NCBI RefSeq assembly: GCF_006345805.1
Contig: NC_043026.1
Span: forward strand, 6,944,001 to 7,008,000
Reading direction: 5' to 3'
Source of the DNA: Octopus sinensis
Lineage: Eukaryota
Length of the DNA stretch: 64,000 nucleotides
Every line of letters begins with the position of its first letter. Within the stretch, counting starts at the first letter, position 1. The notes under the pieces were generated by a model. That model made no database searches. It saw only the letters and a list, made by a program, of their open reading frames with translations, and was not told the origin of the DNA. A program made the translations under genes and the position numbers. This document shows, piece after piece, positions 14,050-26,235 of the stretch.

Positions 14050-15015
14050 TCAACTTCCTTTCTTTGTGGATGGCCAGGTGGGAGGGCGTGGGGGGACCGA
14101 CGGTGGTAGTGGAGGTGAAAAATGACGATGGTAGTGGTGATGAAGGGGGTGGTGGCGATGGTGGTAGTAGTGGCAATAGTGGTGGCAATGGTGGTGATGA
14201 TGGTGGTGGTGTAGGTGGGGGTGTTGTGGAAATGGTGGTGGTGGCAATGATGGAGGTGGTGGTGTGATGGTAGTGATGATAATGGTAGTGGAGATGAAGA
14301 TGGTGATGGGGATGGTGGCGATAATGATAATGGTGGTGGAAATGGTGATGATGATGATGGGTAACAATGACGATGACGATGGTGATGATGGTGGTTGTGA
14401 TGATGATGATGAAGGTCATGTTGGGGGTGATGATTATGATTGAAGACGATGATGATGGTGGTGGTGGTGGTGGTGATGATGATGATAATGGGGTGGTACT
14501 GATGACCCAGGGGATGACAAGAGCAATGAGGATGGATGCAGTAGTGATGAAGGTTGGTGGGGATGGTGAGCAGAATGATGATAGGGGAGGTGGTGGTGGT
14601 GGTGGTGGGAGTGGAAAAGGTTAATAGTGCAATGGTGGTCGCAGTGGCAATGGTGGTGGTGGTGATGATGGTGGTGGTGGTGATGCGGTTGTGGAAATGG
14701 TGGTGGTGGTGATGATGATGATGGTGGTAGCAGTGATGGTAGTGATGACAGTGGTGGTGGTAGCAGTGATGGTAGTGATGACAGTGGTGGTGGTAGCAGT
14801 GATGGTAGTGATGACAGTGGTGGTGGTAGCAGTGATGGTGGTGATGGTGGTGGTGGGGTTGTGGAAATGGTGGCGGTGGTGATGATGATGATGATGGTGT
14901 GGTAGTGATGATGATGATGGTGATGACAGTGGTGGTGATGACGGCGGTGGTGACGAGGGCGGTAGTGGAGATACGATGTGTGGTGCGGTGGAACAGGTTG
15001 GTGCTGGGCATCATG
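14050..15015. repeat. (GGT/GAT)n low-complexity tract with a 33-bp sub-repeat near 14700-14830
   Basis: ggtggtggtagcagtgatggtagtgatgacagt x3-4. Similar tracts lie at 1070-1480, 35900-37200 and 44200-44610. Confidence 0.85.
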
Positions 15016-15750
15016 GTCGCGGTGGACTATGAAGATGTAGATGGCACTGACGGCCTGCAACAAACCGACCGGAAATAACAAAACAAGGTTGGGTGATGGT
15101 GGGGGGGGGTAAGTGGAAGAAAGGAAATGTCACCAGTTATGGAGAGGAGCAGCACAACTGGTGTGTTTATGGCTGATAATGTGTTTTGTTGTTTAGGTTG
15201 GGAAACAAACAATGCAGTGAATCATCAGCCACAACAACAACAACAACTGGAGTGGCTGTGTGGTTAAGGAGAATGTTTACAAATCTTGTAGCCTTGGGTT
15301 CAGTTCCACTGAGTGGCACGTTTCCGCAAGCATTTTCTACGATGGCTCCAAAGCAATCCGAGTGGGTTATTTCATAGGTGGAAACTGAAAGAAGCCCAGC
15401 ATGTGTGTGTGTGTGTAAGAAGTTTGTTTCCCAACCACGTAGTTGGTCCTGGGTTAAATTATAATGGAAGACACTTGCCCAAGGTGGAACACAGCGGAAC
15501 TGAACCCAGAACCATGTGGTTGGGAAGTAAGCTTCTTACCACACAACCACATCTTTACCTAATGTGTGTGTGTGTATATATATAAGTGCTTGTGCCTCTT
15601 AACAAGGATGGAATAGATGTGCATGTATATACATACATACATATATATATGTACATATAGATGTATGTATATACATGCATATATATAGATGTATGTATAT
15701 ATATATGTACATGTGTGTAAATGAGTGTGTATATATTATGTGTGTGTGTA

Positions 15751-15797
<47 letters not shown>

Positions 15798-16533
15798 ACA
15801 CACACACACATATATGGTACGGGAGAGAGAAATACATATACCCAAGCATTCATATACGTAGGAGACAAGAGTGTGTGTGTGTGTGTATGTACATAGAAAA
15901 CACACACACATTCATATAGAAATATAGACACAATATATGTGTATGTATAGGCATACACACACACAAATACACGCACATTATACTGCTGGCTCCATAAAAA
16001 TGCTTCAGACATTAACCAAGTGATTATGTTTGTGTATGAATGCATGTGTGTGTATATGTATATATATACATACATATATATATATATACACACGTATGTA
16101 TACACACCCAACTAAACTAGGTAAACATGAACGAATCAGCTTCAAGTAAAATCAGTTTATAGAGAGAAGAGGTTTTTTTTCTCCTTTCTTTTGTAAATTC
16201 AAATAGTAGACACACACACACACACGCACGCATATCTGTATATGCACACCTATATATACTTGAACATACACACACATATTTACAAACGTGCACATTTACC
16301 TCCCTGTACATATATATATAGATGTATATACACACCTAACTATATATATATATTATATATATATATAGATGTATATACACACATAACTGTATATATATAT
16401 GCATATTTATATCTATACACATATACATATCTATGAACACGTACCCATCGATAACTATAAACATATACATACAGCCATAAACATTATATATATACACATA
16501 CACAAATATCTGTAAGTATAAATATGCACACAT

Positions 16534-16570
<37 letters not shown>

Positions 16571-17012
16571 TATTTCTAAGTAAAAATACGCACACACATT
16601 ACATATATATATATATATGTATATATATATAGACACACACATAAATACAGAGAAAGAAAGAGAATGAGCAGTTGTTCATTGAAGATGCAGAGAAAGGAGA
16701 TTTATGAACACACACACACACACACACATATCAATCTGTGTGTATGTATAGATGGGGGTTGGTGGAGATTTAAAGGGTGTTCGGAGATAAGATTCCTCAA
16801 AGACTTCGTTTCAGTCGGCATCATCATCATCATCATCTCCATCTCCTGTCTTACTTCAAATGTCTTCTTAATCAGATGATCTTAATTCTGGAACTAATCC
16901 TTCTGCTAACTCTACTGTTCAGTACAGTTACCACCCACCGCTACATACCAACCATGACCATCACTACAATAGCTTTAGCAGCAGAATTGTTGAGTCATGA
17001 GTGTGGCTGTAG

Positions 17013-17097
17013 CAGAATGGGTGTATATAACCAGAATGGGTGTATATAGGCAGAATGGGTGTATATAAGCAGAATGGGTGTATATAAGCAGAATGGA
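17013..17097. repeat. 19-bp minisatellite x4.5
   Basis: Unit gcagaatgggtgtatataa. Confidence 0.85.
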
Positions 17098-19457
17098 CTG
17101 TGTATGCGTCTTTGCACGTGTGTGTACATTGTGTGTGCGTGTGTGTGTGTGTGTCGTCATTTAATGACCATTGTCCATACTGATATGGGTAGGATGGTTT
17201 GGCCATGGCTGGCAAGTTGGGGAGCTGCACTAGGCTCCAGTCTGTTGTAGCATGGTTGCCATGGCTGGATGCCCTTCTTCACTCCAACCATTTTACAGAG
17301 TGTGCCGAGTGCCCTTGTGGCACAGGCACAAATGCTTTTTATGTGGCACTTGCACAAGACTCTTGTAGGCTGACCCTCTTTACTAGGGGCAGTGGCTTTA
17401 ACACCTCCGCTGCAGAGTATGGGTCATCTTGGGTGCAGCAAGGCACCAGGCATCTCGGTCCTTTGTCCTCTTGTCCGAAATGCTTAGTGTTCTGAGGTTG
17501 ACCTTCAGTACTTCATCGTATAGACATATATCAGCACTTTGCTTCACAGAGGCAAATTGGCTGAGTTCCTTTTGAGTGTTGGGCCTCACAGAGGCAATGA
17601 CAAATGAGGCCTTTGGCATTGTCATGCTTGAGAAGGAGATACAGCAAGACAAGCAAAATTGCACATTCTGGTGTCACACAAATTGGCACCTGTGCCAGTG
17701 GAATGCAAATGGCACATAAAAGCACCTGTTACACTCTTGGAATGGTTGAGTTAGGAAGGGCATCCAGCTGTAGAAAACCATGTCAAATGGGACTGGAGTC
17801 TGGTGCAGTCTTTCAGTGTGCCAGCCTGATCAAACTGTTCCACCCATGCCAGCATGGACAAGGGAGGTTAAATGATGATAATGATCATCATCTTCATCCT
17901 TATTTAACATCCATTGTCCATGCTGGCATGGGTTGGACGGTTTGACCAGAGCTGGCAACCTGGGGAGCTGCACCAGGCTCCAGTCTGATTTGGAATGGTT
18001 TTCTACGGCCGGATGCCCTTCCTGGTGCCACCCAGTTTAAAGTGTGGCACTGAGTGCTTTAATGTGGCACCACCACCAAAAGAATTGGTCTTAGCTCTCC
18101 TGCCATGTAGTACAAGTTTTCTGAAGTACAGTAAGGCCCCAAGCACCTAAGTGCTTTGTTATCTCACCATAAAGGGTCAGCATCCATCCACATCACATGA
18201 CCACATATATATATTAAAGATGCAGGCATGGCTGTGGTAGGAAGCTTTGTTGTGGTCTCCTCTCTTGGACACAGCAACCAATTCCTCTTCTGCAGAACGT
18301 CTCTCTCAGAACACTGGAACTCTGGCGAACAGGTACACCTACCTTACAACATCCAGGGACTAATAGATAAACAGATAGAGAGGCAGAGAGAGAGAGAGAT
18401 GGAGAGACAGAGAGAAGGAGAGACAGAGAGAGAGGAGAGACAGACAGACAGACAGACATAGACAGACAGACATAGACAGACAGACATAGACAGACAGACA
18501 TAGACAGACAGACATAGACAGACAGACAGACAGACACAGACAGACAGACAGAGACAGACAGACAGACAGACAAATGGATAAATTGATAGACAGACATGAT
18601 TGGATAGAGACACACAGACAGAGAGAGACATAGACAAGAATGAATAGATATGAATAGAAAGAATAAAAAAGAAAAAAAGAGATAACAAAGTGGGGGGGAA
18701 GAAAGGAAGGCAGGAAGGAAAGCGAAATCTCGTTCTGCCAATGAGTGGAGAAGATTCGCAGAGCAGAGCCGGGGCTTTTAAAAGCCATTTCCATTGAAAG
18801 CAGGTCAGTTGCCAGACGGAAGAAATGTCTTGGCAGGATTTAGTTCTGGCCAATACCTGAGCCATTCAACCATGGAGACTAGCATTCAGCCGGCTGCTCC
18901 GCTCCAGTTGATTCGTTCATGGATGAAGCCTGACCACCCCACCCCCCGCATATAGTTACAACAACTACAACAAGAAGAAGAGCAACAACGATGTGTTCTG
19001 TAATACTTGGTAGATGGAGGTTAGAGCTATGGAGGTGGCGGAGTGGGGGTTGAGAGGGGTAGGAAGAGTAAGAGAGAGAGATGGACGATGGGAGGAGGGA
19101 GGAGTGACGGGGTGAGTAGTGTGTGGAAATGTGAGAGAGTAGCTGTGAGGGTGAAGGGAAGTGGGAATTGTCTGAGTGGGAGAGAGAGAGAGAGAGAGTG
19201 TGAGAGAGGAGAGAGATGGATACATAAGAATGAGAGAAAGAAAAAGGGAGTGAGATAAAGAGAGGAAAGAGAAGAGAAACAATAAGAGAGAGAGAGAAAG
19301 TGAGAGAGAGAAGCTAGGAGAAACATGCAACAGTCACATGAGACATTGATGGACCCAGGACCATAATAAAAGGCACTTGCCCAAAGAGCCATGAAGTGGG
19401 ATTGAACCTGGAACCATGTGGTTGAAAAGCAAACCCCTTACCACACAGCATCTTATA

Positions 19458-19825
19458 TCTCTCTATATATAAACGGCAGTTTGTCTGTGTGCGTGTCTGT
19501 GTGTCTGTTTTCTCGTACCCTCACCCTGACCACGGCTTTCAACCGATTCTGATGAAACTTGACACACCCATAGCCCAATGTCATAATTCAAAACTAACGC
19601 AGCTAAAATTTTGAAAAGTTTCCCCAGTTCTGAAAAAATCGACAAATTCGACATGGGGTCGAGAATCAGAAACACAAACCACAGACTGTTCTAGGGGACG
19701 CAACTCGACCTTTTAACTAAAAAAAAATTACCATCACATTTTTTCCATTTTTTGGCTATAACTCTCTAAAAATGCTTTATAGTTATTTCCCTTACAAACC
19801 CGAGCAACGCCGGGCGATACTGCAG
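19458..19825 (+). mobile_element. Non-autonomous Helitron-type element
   Basis: 5' TCTCTCTATATATAAA with a (TGTC) tract. 3' hairpin cccgagcaacgccggg followed by a degenerate end ctgcagt (cf. ctgctagt in the 22032 copy). Confidence 0.7.
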
Positions 19826-19829
19826 TATG

Positions 19830-19861
<32 letters not shown>

Positions 19862-19862
19862 C

Positions 19863-19899
<37 letters not shown>

Positions 19900-21194
19900 C
19901 TTATATATACATACATATATTATATATATATATATATATCTTATTATACATACATATATATATATATATTTATATATATTCTCTTATTTGTTTCAGTCAT
20001 TTGACTGCATCCATGCTGGATCACTGCCTTTAATCGAGTAAATCGACCTCAATACTTATTCTTTGTAAGCCTAGTACTTATTCTATCAGTTTCTTTTTGC
20101 CAAACTGCTAACGTATGGGAACTTAAACACACGAACACAAACACACAAACAAATATATATATATATAGGACGGGTTTCTTTCGGTTTCCGTCAACCAAAT
20201 CCACCCACAAGTCTTCGGTTGGACTGTGGGTATAGAAGACACTTGCCGAAGGTGCTATGCAGTGGGACTGAACCCAGAACTATGTGGTTGGGAAGCAAGC
20301 TTCTTACCACACAGCCACTGTGCAGTTAAAGTGCAACAACATAAGAAATTAGAACTCCATGTGTCTGTACATGGAGAAAGAGGAAAATATGAAGAGAATC
20401 TGTGTTGCTTATTCATTGAACTTGGTGATTGCCCTCTGTGTGTGTGTGTGTGTGTATGTGCGCACACACATATACACACATTCATATACAGATAGATATA
20501 TGCATGTATGTTCACAAACAATTTTATGTAGATATTTGGATGCATTATAGATACAAGTGTGTGTGAACTCCAGCGTAAATATAAATAGAAAATACGCAAA
20601 CATCTAAATATACGCACAAAGATACAAGCCCCAAAAATACACCATACAAAGACACACACATACAAAAACACACACACCACACACCACACAAAGACACACA
20701 CAGACACCACACAAAGACACACACAGACACACCACACAGACACACCACACAAAGACACACACACACACACACACACCACACACACACAGATACACCACAA
20801 AGACACACCACACAGATACACACCACACAAAGACACACACAGACACACACACACAAAAACACATACACACAATACACCATATATACACTCACACGTAATG
20901 CATAGAGACACACAGACACACACACACTGCATGCACACACAGAGACGGTATACAAACAGCTGCATCTTCCACCCTGCTGCACATCCATAGATTCCTGCTT
21001 AGGCTCGGCTGCACCATAAACGCGTGCATCGTGTTTGCAATGTTCGACACAAGCTGCAGCTGCAACTGAACTTACAATGCATGTCTCAATAGATACAACA
21101 ACAACAACAACTAGGTTAAAGCAAAAATACCTGTAACGTACTGGGGGATGTGGTGGACCAATTCAATCGACAAAACTGCACCGCCGCTACCACC

Positions 21195-21690
21195 CCATCT
21201 ATCCCTGACACCACCACCACCGCCAATACCACCACCATCACCACCTCCACCATCGCCACCACCACCTCCACCATCGCCATCACCACCACCACCAGTGCCA
21301 CCACCACCACCATTTCCACCACCACCACCACCACCATCTCCACCACCATCATCACCACCACCACCAGTGCCACCATCACCACCATCGCCACCACCATCAC
21401 CACCTCCACCACCATCACCACCTCCATCGCCACCACCACCTCCAACACCATCACCACCACCATCACCACCTCCACCACCACCATCTCCATCACCACCACC
21501 TCCACCATCGCCATCACCACCACCACCATTTCCACCACCACCACCACCACCACCATCTCCACCACCATCATCACCACCACCACCAGTGCTACCATCACCA
21601 CCATTGCCACCACCATCACCACCTCCACCACGATCGCCACCTCCACCACCATCGCCACCACCACCTCCACCACCATCACCACCACCACGA
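21195..21690. repeat. (ACC/ATC)n trinucleotide tract with a 216-bp internal duplication
   Basis: catttccacc at 21311 and 21527. This tract is the source of the Pro-, Thr- and Gly-rich spurious ORFs. Confidence 0.85.
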
Positions 21691-22031
21691 ACTGGCGCTG
21701 TACCAAGAGACGATGTATCTCGTTCCTCAGACATCACCTGTTTACCGTTTGTTCTTCAACAGAACAAAACGGTAAACAGCAAAACAAATCCCTTTCTTTC
21801 TTTGTACACGACTGTCGAAGTATCCAAGAGATAGTGCAGCTGGTGCAAACTGCTGCACATGCATATGCATGCAAGCTAACACTGTAGACCTATATTGCAG
21901 GACTGCATTCATGCATCTCTGTAATACAGCTCACATAACTCTTCACGGACCCTCAGGGCACACCCACGTAAGTGCTTCCCGCAACACTTTGTTCCCTCAT
22001 AACTTTTAGTAAAACAGAATCCTTAATGAAA

Positions 22032-22756
22032 TCTTTATATATAAAAGTAAGGTTGTGTGTCTGTCTGTCTCCTACGATTTAGATTCCTAACTACTCCCAC
22101 ATTTTGCGGTGCAGTTTAACGAAAAGCGGGTATCTTATAATCGTGATTCATATCTATTTCTTTTCTACCCACAAGGGGCTAAACATAGAAGGGACAAACA
22201 AGGACAGACAAACGGATTAAGTCGATTATATCGACCCCAGTGCGAAACTGGTACTTTATTTATCGACCCCGAAAGGATGAAAGGCAAAGTCGACCTCGGC
22301 GGAATTTGAACTCAGAACGTAACGGCAGACGAAATACGGCTACGCATTTCGCCCGGCGCGCTAACGTTTCTGCCAGCTCGCCACCCTTCTGGGTACTAGC
22401 GCGCGTCTACGATGAGTCTACAATTTTAAAAATAATTTACCATCATTTTTTTCCATTTTAATGCATTTTTTTCGCTATTATATAAGGGAAGTAACTCTCT
22501 AAAAATGTCTACGATGAGTCAACGATTTAAAAAAAAATTTACCATCATTTTCCCCCATTTTTAATGCATTTTTGGCATATATAAGGGAAGTAACTCTAAA
22601 AATTTATTATTAAATCTCAGAACGTAAAAAGCTACAGTAACACCCCCCCCCTTTGTGGTTAGCCATATTGAGATGGCTATTATACTTCACATCTCTAAAA
22701 ATGCTTATATAGTTATTTCCCTTACAAACCCGAGCAACGCCGGGCGATACTGCTAG
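22032..22756 (+). mobile_element. Non-autonomous Helitron-type element with nested SINE
   Basis: a|TCTTTATATATAAA ... cccgagcaacgccgggcgatactgCTAG|t, i.e. inserted between A and T. The 3' ~65 nt are nearly identical to the 19458 copy. A family B SINE is nested at ~22152-22388. Confidence 0.78.
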
Positions 22757-23009
22757 TTTTCTACAAATGCCTTACAATTATTTCAGACACAAAGAAATTG
22801 CTCACACATACAGACACGCCACCAATTTTGCCAGCTTGCACCTTTTTAATAATAATAATAATCCTTTCTATTATAGGCACAAGGTCCAAAATTTGGGGGA
22901 TGGGGTTAAGTTGATTCCTTCGACCCCAGTATGCAACTGGTACTTAATTTATTGATCCCGAAAGGATGAAAGGCAAAGTTGACCTTGGCAGAACATAGCA
23001 ATGGCTGTG

Positions 23010-23670
23010 GGTAAAAACCCTCCTTCGGTCATGAACGACCAGGGGATTGCGTCTAGAAAACTCCCCTCTGTGGCACATCTCTGGGCAAGGTTGTTCATGG
23101 AAGACCAACAGTCACCCATGCATACCAACCTCCTTTCTCCACACCATTATATGTACATAGGGTAAAGGGTAATGACTCTTTTCGGTCATGGATGACCATG
23201 GGATTGCACCTAGAAAGTTCCCCTCTGAGGCACAAGTCCTGGCAAGGTTGTTCATGGAAGACCAACAGTTGCCCATGCATACCAACCTCCCCCTCTCCAC
23301 ATCATTATATGTACATAGGGCAAAGAAGGGTAAAGAGCCCCTTCGGTCATGAATGACTGTGGGATTCACCTAGAAAGTTTCCCCTCTGAGGCACAAGTCC
23401 AAGCAAGATTGTTTATGGAAGACCAGCAGTCATCCACGCATACCAGCCTCCCCTCTCCATGCCACTGATGTTATTCAAGGGAAAGGCAAAGGGGCCGATA
23501 CAGCTTGGCACCAGTAACGTCACAACTCATTTCTACAGCTGAGTGAACTGGAGCAACATAAAATAAAGGGTCTTGCTCAAGAACACAACATGCAGCCCGG
23601 TCTAGGAATTGAACTCACAACCAGATGACCGTAAGCCCGGTTCTCTAACCACTGAGCCAGGCACCTTCAC
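23010..23670 (-). mobile_element. tRNA-derived SINE family D with triplicated 3' module
   Basis: On the minus strand: head gtggttagagaaccgggc..gtgagttcaattcctagaccgg, body ttgagcaagaccctttatttt..ctcagctgtagaaatgagt, three ~158-bp tail units. Related copies at 9830-10300(-) and 28790-29235(+). Confidence 0.8.
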
Positions 23671-24034
23671 TCATAAATAACATACAAATTAAACACTACG
23701 TACGCAAACTAAGGTCACAGTCCTACATTGCAATACTGTCCATGTCTATCTCGGATGTCACAGCTTACACGACAGCTAACAGCTACAAACGGATCACATA
23801 CACACACACACACACACACACATACCAAAGCCATAGGCCCACATGACACCACTGCACTCATGTGTCTAGGATAGCATGACACACATGACCCCCAACACAC
23901 ACACACTTGTAACAGGCTCACAATAGTGTGTGCACGTATGTAACGTGATATCACTTCAATGACCACCACACTAACACATGAAAACTAAGGCTTGACAGAC
24001 AGACAGACATTACAATCCTCAGCTCATAATATAC

Positions 24035-24096
<62 letters not shown>

Positions 24097-24243
24097 GGGA
24101 GTATAACTCCAAATTTACAGGGGAAAATTCAATTTAGTATTAAATCAAATTTCACAATATAAATATATAAAATATAAATTAGAGATAAAACCACTATAAT
24201 AGTGGCTTTATCTCTAATTTATATATATATATATGTACACTTA

Positions 24244-24998
24244 GTGCAGGTACCATAGGTGGGGACGGTCCGTGCAGGTACCGTGAATGGGGACGGCCCG
24301 TGTAGGTACCATGAATGGGGACGGCCCGTGAAGGTGCCGTGAATGGGGACGGCCCGTGCAGGTACCGTGAATGGGGACGGCCCGTGCAGGTACCGTGAAT
24401 GGGGACGGTCCGTGCAGGTACCGTGAATGGGGACGGCCCGTGCAGGTACCGTGAATGGGGACGGTCCGTGCAGGTACCGTGAATAGGGACGGTCCGTGCA
24501 GGTACCTTGAATGGGGACGGTCCGTGCAGGTACCATGAATGGGGATGGCCCTTGCAGGTACCGTGAAAGGGGACGGTCCGTGCAGGTTCCGTGAATGGGG
24601 ACGGCCCGTGGAGGTACCGTGAATGGGGACTGCCCGTGCAGGTACCTTGAATGGGGACGGTCCGTGCAGGTACCATGAATGGGGACGGCCCTTGCAGGTA
24701 CCGTGAAAGGGGACGGTCCGAGCAGGTACCGTGAATGGGGACAGCCCGTGCAGGTACCGTGAATGGGGACAGCCCGAGCAGGTACCGTGAATGGGGACAG
24801 CCCGTGCAGGTACCGTGAATGGGGACAGCCCGTGCAGGTACCGTGAATGGGGACAGCCCGTGCAGGTACCGTGAATGGGGACAGCCCGTGCAGGTACCGT
24901 GAATGGGGATGGTCCGTGCAGGTACCGTGAATGGGGACAGTCTGTGCAAAGGACAGTTCGTGCAGGTACCATGAATGGGGACAGCCTGTGCAGGTACC
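24244..24998. repeat. 28-bp GC-rich minisatellite, ~27 copies
   Basis: Unit ggtaccgtgaatggggacggcccgtgca. A 140-bp (5-unit) higher-order repeat recurs at 24501 and 24641. Confidence 0.95.
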
Positions 24999-25002
24999 TT
25001 AC

Positions 25003-25028
25003 CTCATCTTTAATCTACAGTTAAGCAC
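25003..25028 (-). other. Candidate 26-nt microexon (probable talin 5' leader exon)
   Basis: ttttatgtattttcttcaattgcAG|GTGCTTAACTGTAGATTAAAGATGAG|GTAAGG: strong acceptor and donor on the talin strand. Confidence 0.5.
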
Positions 25029-25932
25029 CTGCAATTGAAGAAAATACATAAAACAGTATATTATTTTTGTTATTTTTAATAATAATAATAAATTATTATT
25101 ATTATTGCACAGCAGTGGTATAAACGAGCCAGTATTTTCATATGGCAAATATTAGGAGGTGAGAGTACGATACAAGAGTAGGGAGCAAGAAAGATGAGGA
25201 AAACAGGTAGGTAGCAAGATGGAAGGAGCAACAAGGTGCAAGAAAAGGCGGGGGAATGGAGGGGGATGAGACACAGGGCTTTCAACGTGAGAGGGGAGAA
25301 GGGACAGAGCAGGGTGGGGAGTACTATAAGGCATGATGGGAGGCTAAGAAGTGTGAGGGGGGTTGATGAAGAGCAAAGGAGAGGGGCACAAAGCACATAG
25401 GAACCAACAGAGCACAAAGTGGTGGTGGTGGGGGGGGGCTGGTAGAGCACAAGAGAACAATGAAGTGCTAGGGGACAACAAAGCAAAGGGGCCAGTGAGG
25501 TGGAAGGAGTGTAAAATAAAAAGATGCACAGCAACAGATAAACCACAAAATAGTGCCACTATGACAGCTATGGGGAGCCCTTTTTTGAGGCCCAGGCCAC
25601 AGGAAGCCTGGCTCATCATCAGAGGGACCACACTACCATAAACAATTTTAATAACTATTTTCCTCGTGAAATTAGGTGAACCCTACAGAAACCCAAATGG
25701 GTCACAGTTTGCTCATGATTGCCCTATGCCATCCCTTGACCTGCAAGAAATAGCAGTTAAATCACTTGTCACATTCTTAGTATCTTAAGAAAGGAACAAC
25801 GTTTTTGTATCTAGTAGAGTATAGCCCTGGGTATATTGTGCCTGAAAATAAGATTGGGAAGTTATGGCTAACAAGGAAGGAACTTGTGTTCATCTTAATT
25901 TTTCCCTACATCTGCTCTGTATATCATAATTA

Positions 25933-26235
25933 GTAACACTCATCATCATCATTGTTCGACCGTGGCCGAGACAATGGAATTTACTATGTTACGCCAGACT
26001 TCATGGTCCATCATGGCATTACGGAGGTCCTGTTGCTGGATGCCTGTATCCCTGGAGATAACATCAGGGTAGGAGAGTGTGAGCTCTCTGGTATCATGAG
26101 CAGATGGCTTCCAGAGGAGAAGAGTAGAAATTACCACAACAATGTCCAGCAAACTGGACTCTCCTACCTTTCACAAGAGATGACACAGGTGGTAGTTTCC
26201 CATATATTTGCATTTTGGTTGGATGGCGCTTCCAC
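25933..26235 (-). mobile_element. RTE-clade LINE 3' fragment
   Basis: LLLWKPSAHDTRELTLSYPDVISRDTGIQQQDLRNAMMDHEVWR is an RTE-like ORF C-terminus. (TGA)n tail. Confidence 0.7.

Noticed and set aside
17013-17097. Tandem TATA boxes as a promoter
   Set aside because: TATATAA is just part of a 19-bp minisatellite unit, with no initiator or downstream exon evident.
21111-21887. Extensin/formin-like Pro-rich, Thr-rich and Gly-rich ORFs of 200-245 aa
   Set aside because: Several frames on both strands are open because the DNA is an (ACC)n tract. There are no splice signals or domain context.
24194-24972. 243-251-aa repetitive ORFs
   Set aside because: They are a product of a stop-free 28-bp minisatellite cycling through frames, with no codon-level constraint.
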